Assembly: GCA_041661645.1 (NCBI GenBank)
Contig: JBAZUA010000001.1
Span: 192,189 to 256,188 of the forward strand
Source of the DNA: Minisyncoccota bacterium
GTDB taxonomy: Bacteria > Patescibacteriota > Minisyncoccia > Phycocordibacterales > UBA6065
Reading direction: 5' to 3'
Length of the DNA: 64,000 nt
A program made the translations under genes and the position numbers. Positions 63,763-64,000 of the stretch are shown here, in pieces; position 1 is the stretch's first letter, and every line of letters starts with the position of its first letter. The notes under the pieces were generated by a model. It saw only the letters and a list, made by a program, of their open reading frames with translations, did no database searches and had not been told where the DNA came from.

Positions 63763-64000
63763 CGGTGGGCGCACGTAAAGGAGGAGGTCATTTCCCTCAG
63801 ACAAGAGGGCGCCTCGATGAACGAGATCGAGGCGAGGTTTGGCGTGCCGAAATCGACACAGAATAGCTGGTTCTGGAAAATCGAATTACCCGAAGAGGCT
63901 CGCGCGATTCTCAGGCAGAAGAAAAAAGGACACCTGATCGAGGCTCGCAAAAAAGCAGTTGAATGGCACAACACGGAAAAGGCAAAGAGACTTGAGGCGG
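63763..64000 (+). CDS. HTH-domain protein, paralog of 21621..22328; partial, continues beyond the window end
   Basis: MKSRWAHVKEEVISLRQEGASMNEIEARFGVPKSTQNSWFWKIELPEEARAILRQKKKGHLIEARKK. The HTH and the following helix align with the 22328 gene N-terminus. The frame is open to position 64000. Confidence 0.4.

Noticed and set aside
1-64000. CRISPR arrays, rRNA genes, complete prophage or integrase/transposase genes.
   Set aside because: There are no short direct-repeat/spacer arrays and no 16S/23S/5S-like conserved segments. There is no tyrosine or serine recombinase and no DDE transposase. Mobile signals are limited to the islands and selfish genes listed under findings.

Overview
The window is a dense, mostly high-GC (about 55-60%) bacterial chromosomal segment. 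Its gene content suggests a reduced-genome lineage, possibly Patescibacteria/CPR, but this is an inference. Supporting traits are the short DnaX, IF-2 and S1, many small secreted or membrane proteins, and the absence of biosynthetic operons. No UGA recoding is evident: long ORFs such as gyrA, clpB and topA are intact under the standard code.

Features I can support:
- About 60 protein genes. These include dnaX, dus, serS, dprA, topA, parB, miaA, rarA, alr, clpB, a cysteine desulfurase gene, infB, rbfA, gyrA, rpsA, pth, lepB, ybeY, ftsA, ftsZ, trxB, a macAB-type efflux operon, mscL, and ribosomal protein genes bL33 and bS21.
- Eleven tRNA genes.
- Many intrinsic terminators and several consensus sigma70-type promoters placed immediately upstream of start codons, which suggests leaderless mRNAs.
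- No rRNA genes and no CRISPR array.

The main candidate for a novel system is a minus-strand array running from gyrA to position 35121. It encodes six paralogous small secreted proteins with two hydrophobic helices, resembling TrbC/VirB2 or the CPR T4SS-pilin family. Five are tandem and one is separated. Interleaved with them are an orphan solute-binding lipoprotein-like gene, a SAM methyltransferase gene and a coiled-coil membrane protein gene. No secretion ATPase lies in the window.

Other accessory signals:
- Three tandem small paralogs, each with its own promoter, leaderless start and terminator (14.7-16.0 kb).
- A low-GC island beside tRNA-Gln with a ClpP-like peptidase gene, an Lnu/LinA-like nucleotidyltransferase gene and a DUF gene.
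- An HTH plus LAGLIDADG-like gene overlapping tRNA-Trp, with a paralog at the window end.
- A relB/dinJ antitoxin gene with a decayed yafQ-like toxin.
- A hydrolase-GNAT fusion broken by an in-frame TAG.
- A catalytically degenerate HisRS paralog.
- Two large GC-rich structured non-coding regions (about 44.7-45.1 kb and 47.7-48.2 kb) that may be unannotated ncRNAs.
- A long inverted repeat over the pth start codon.
- A palindromic terminator element repeated three times.
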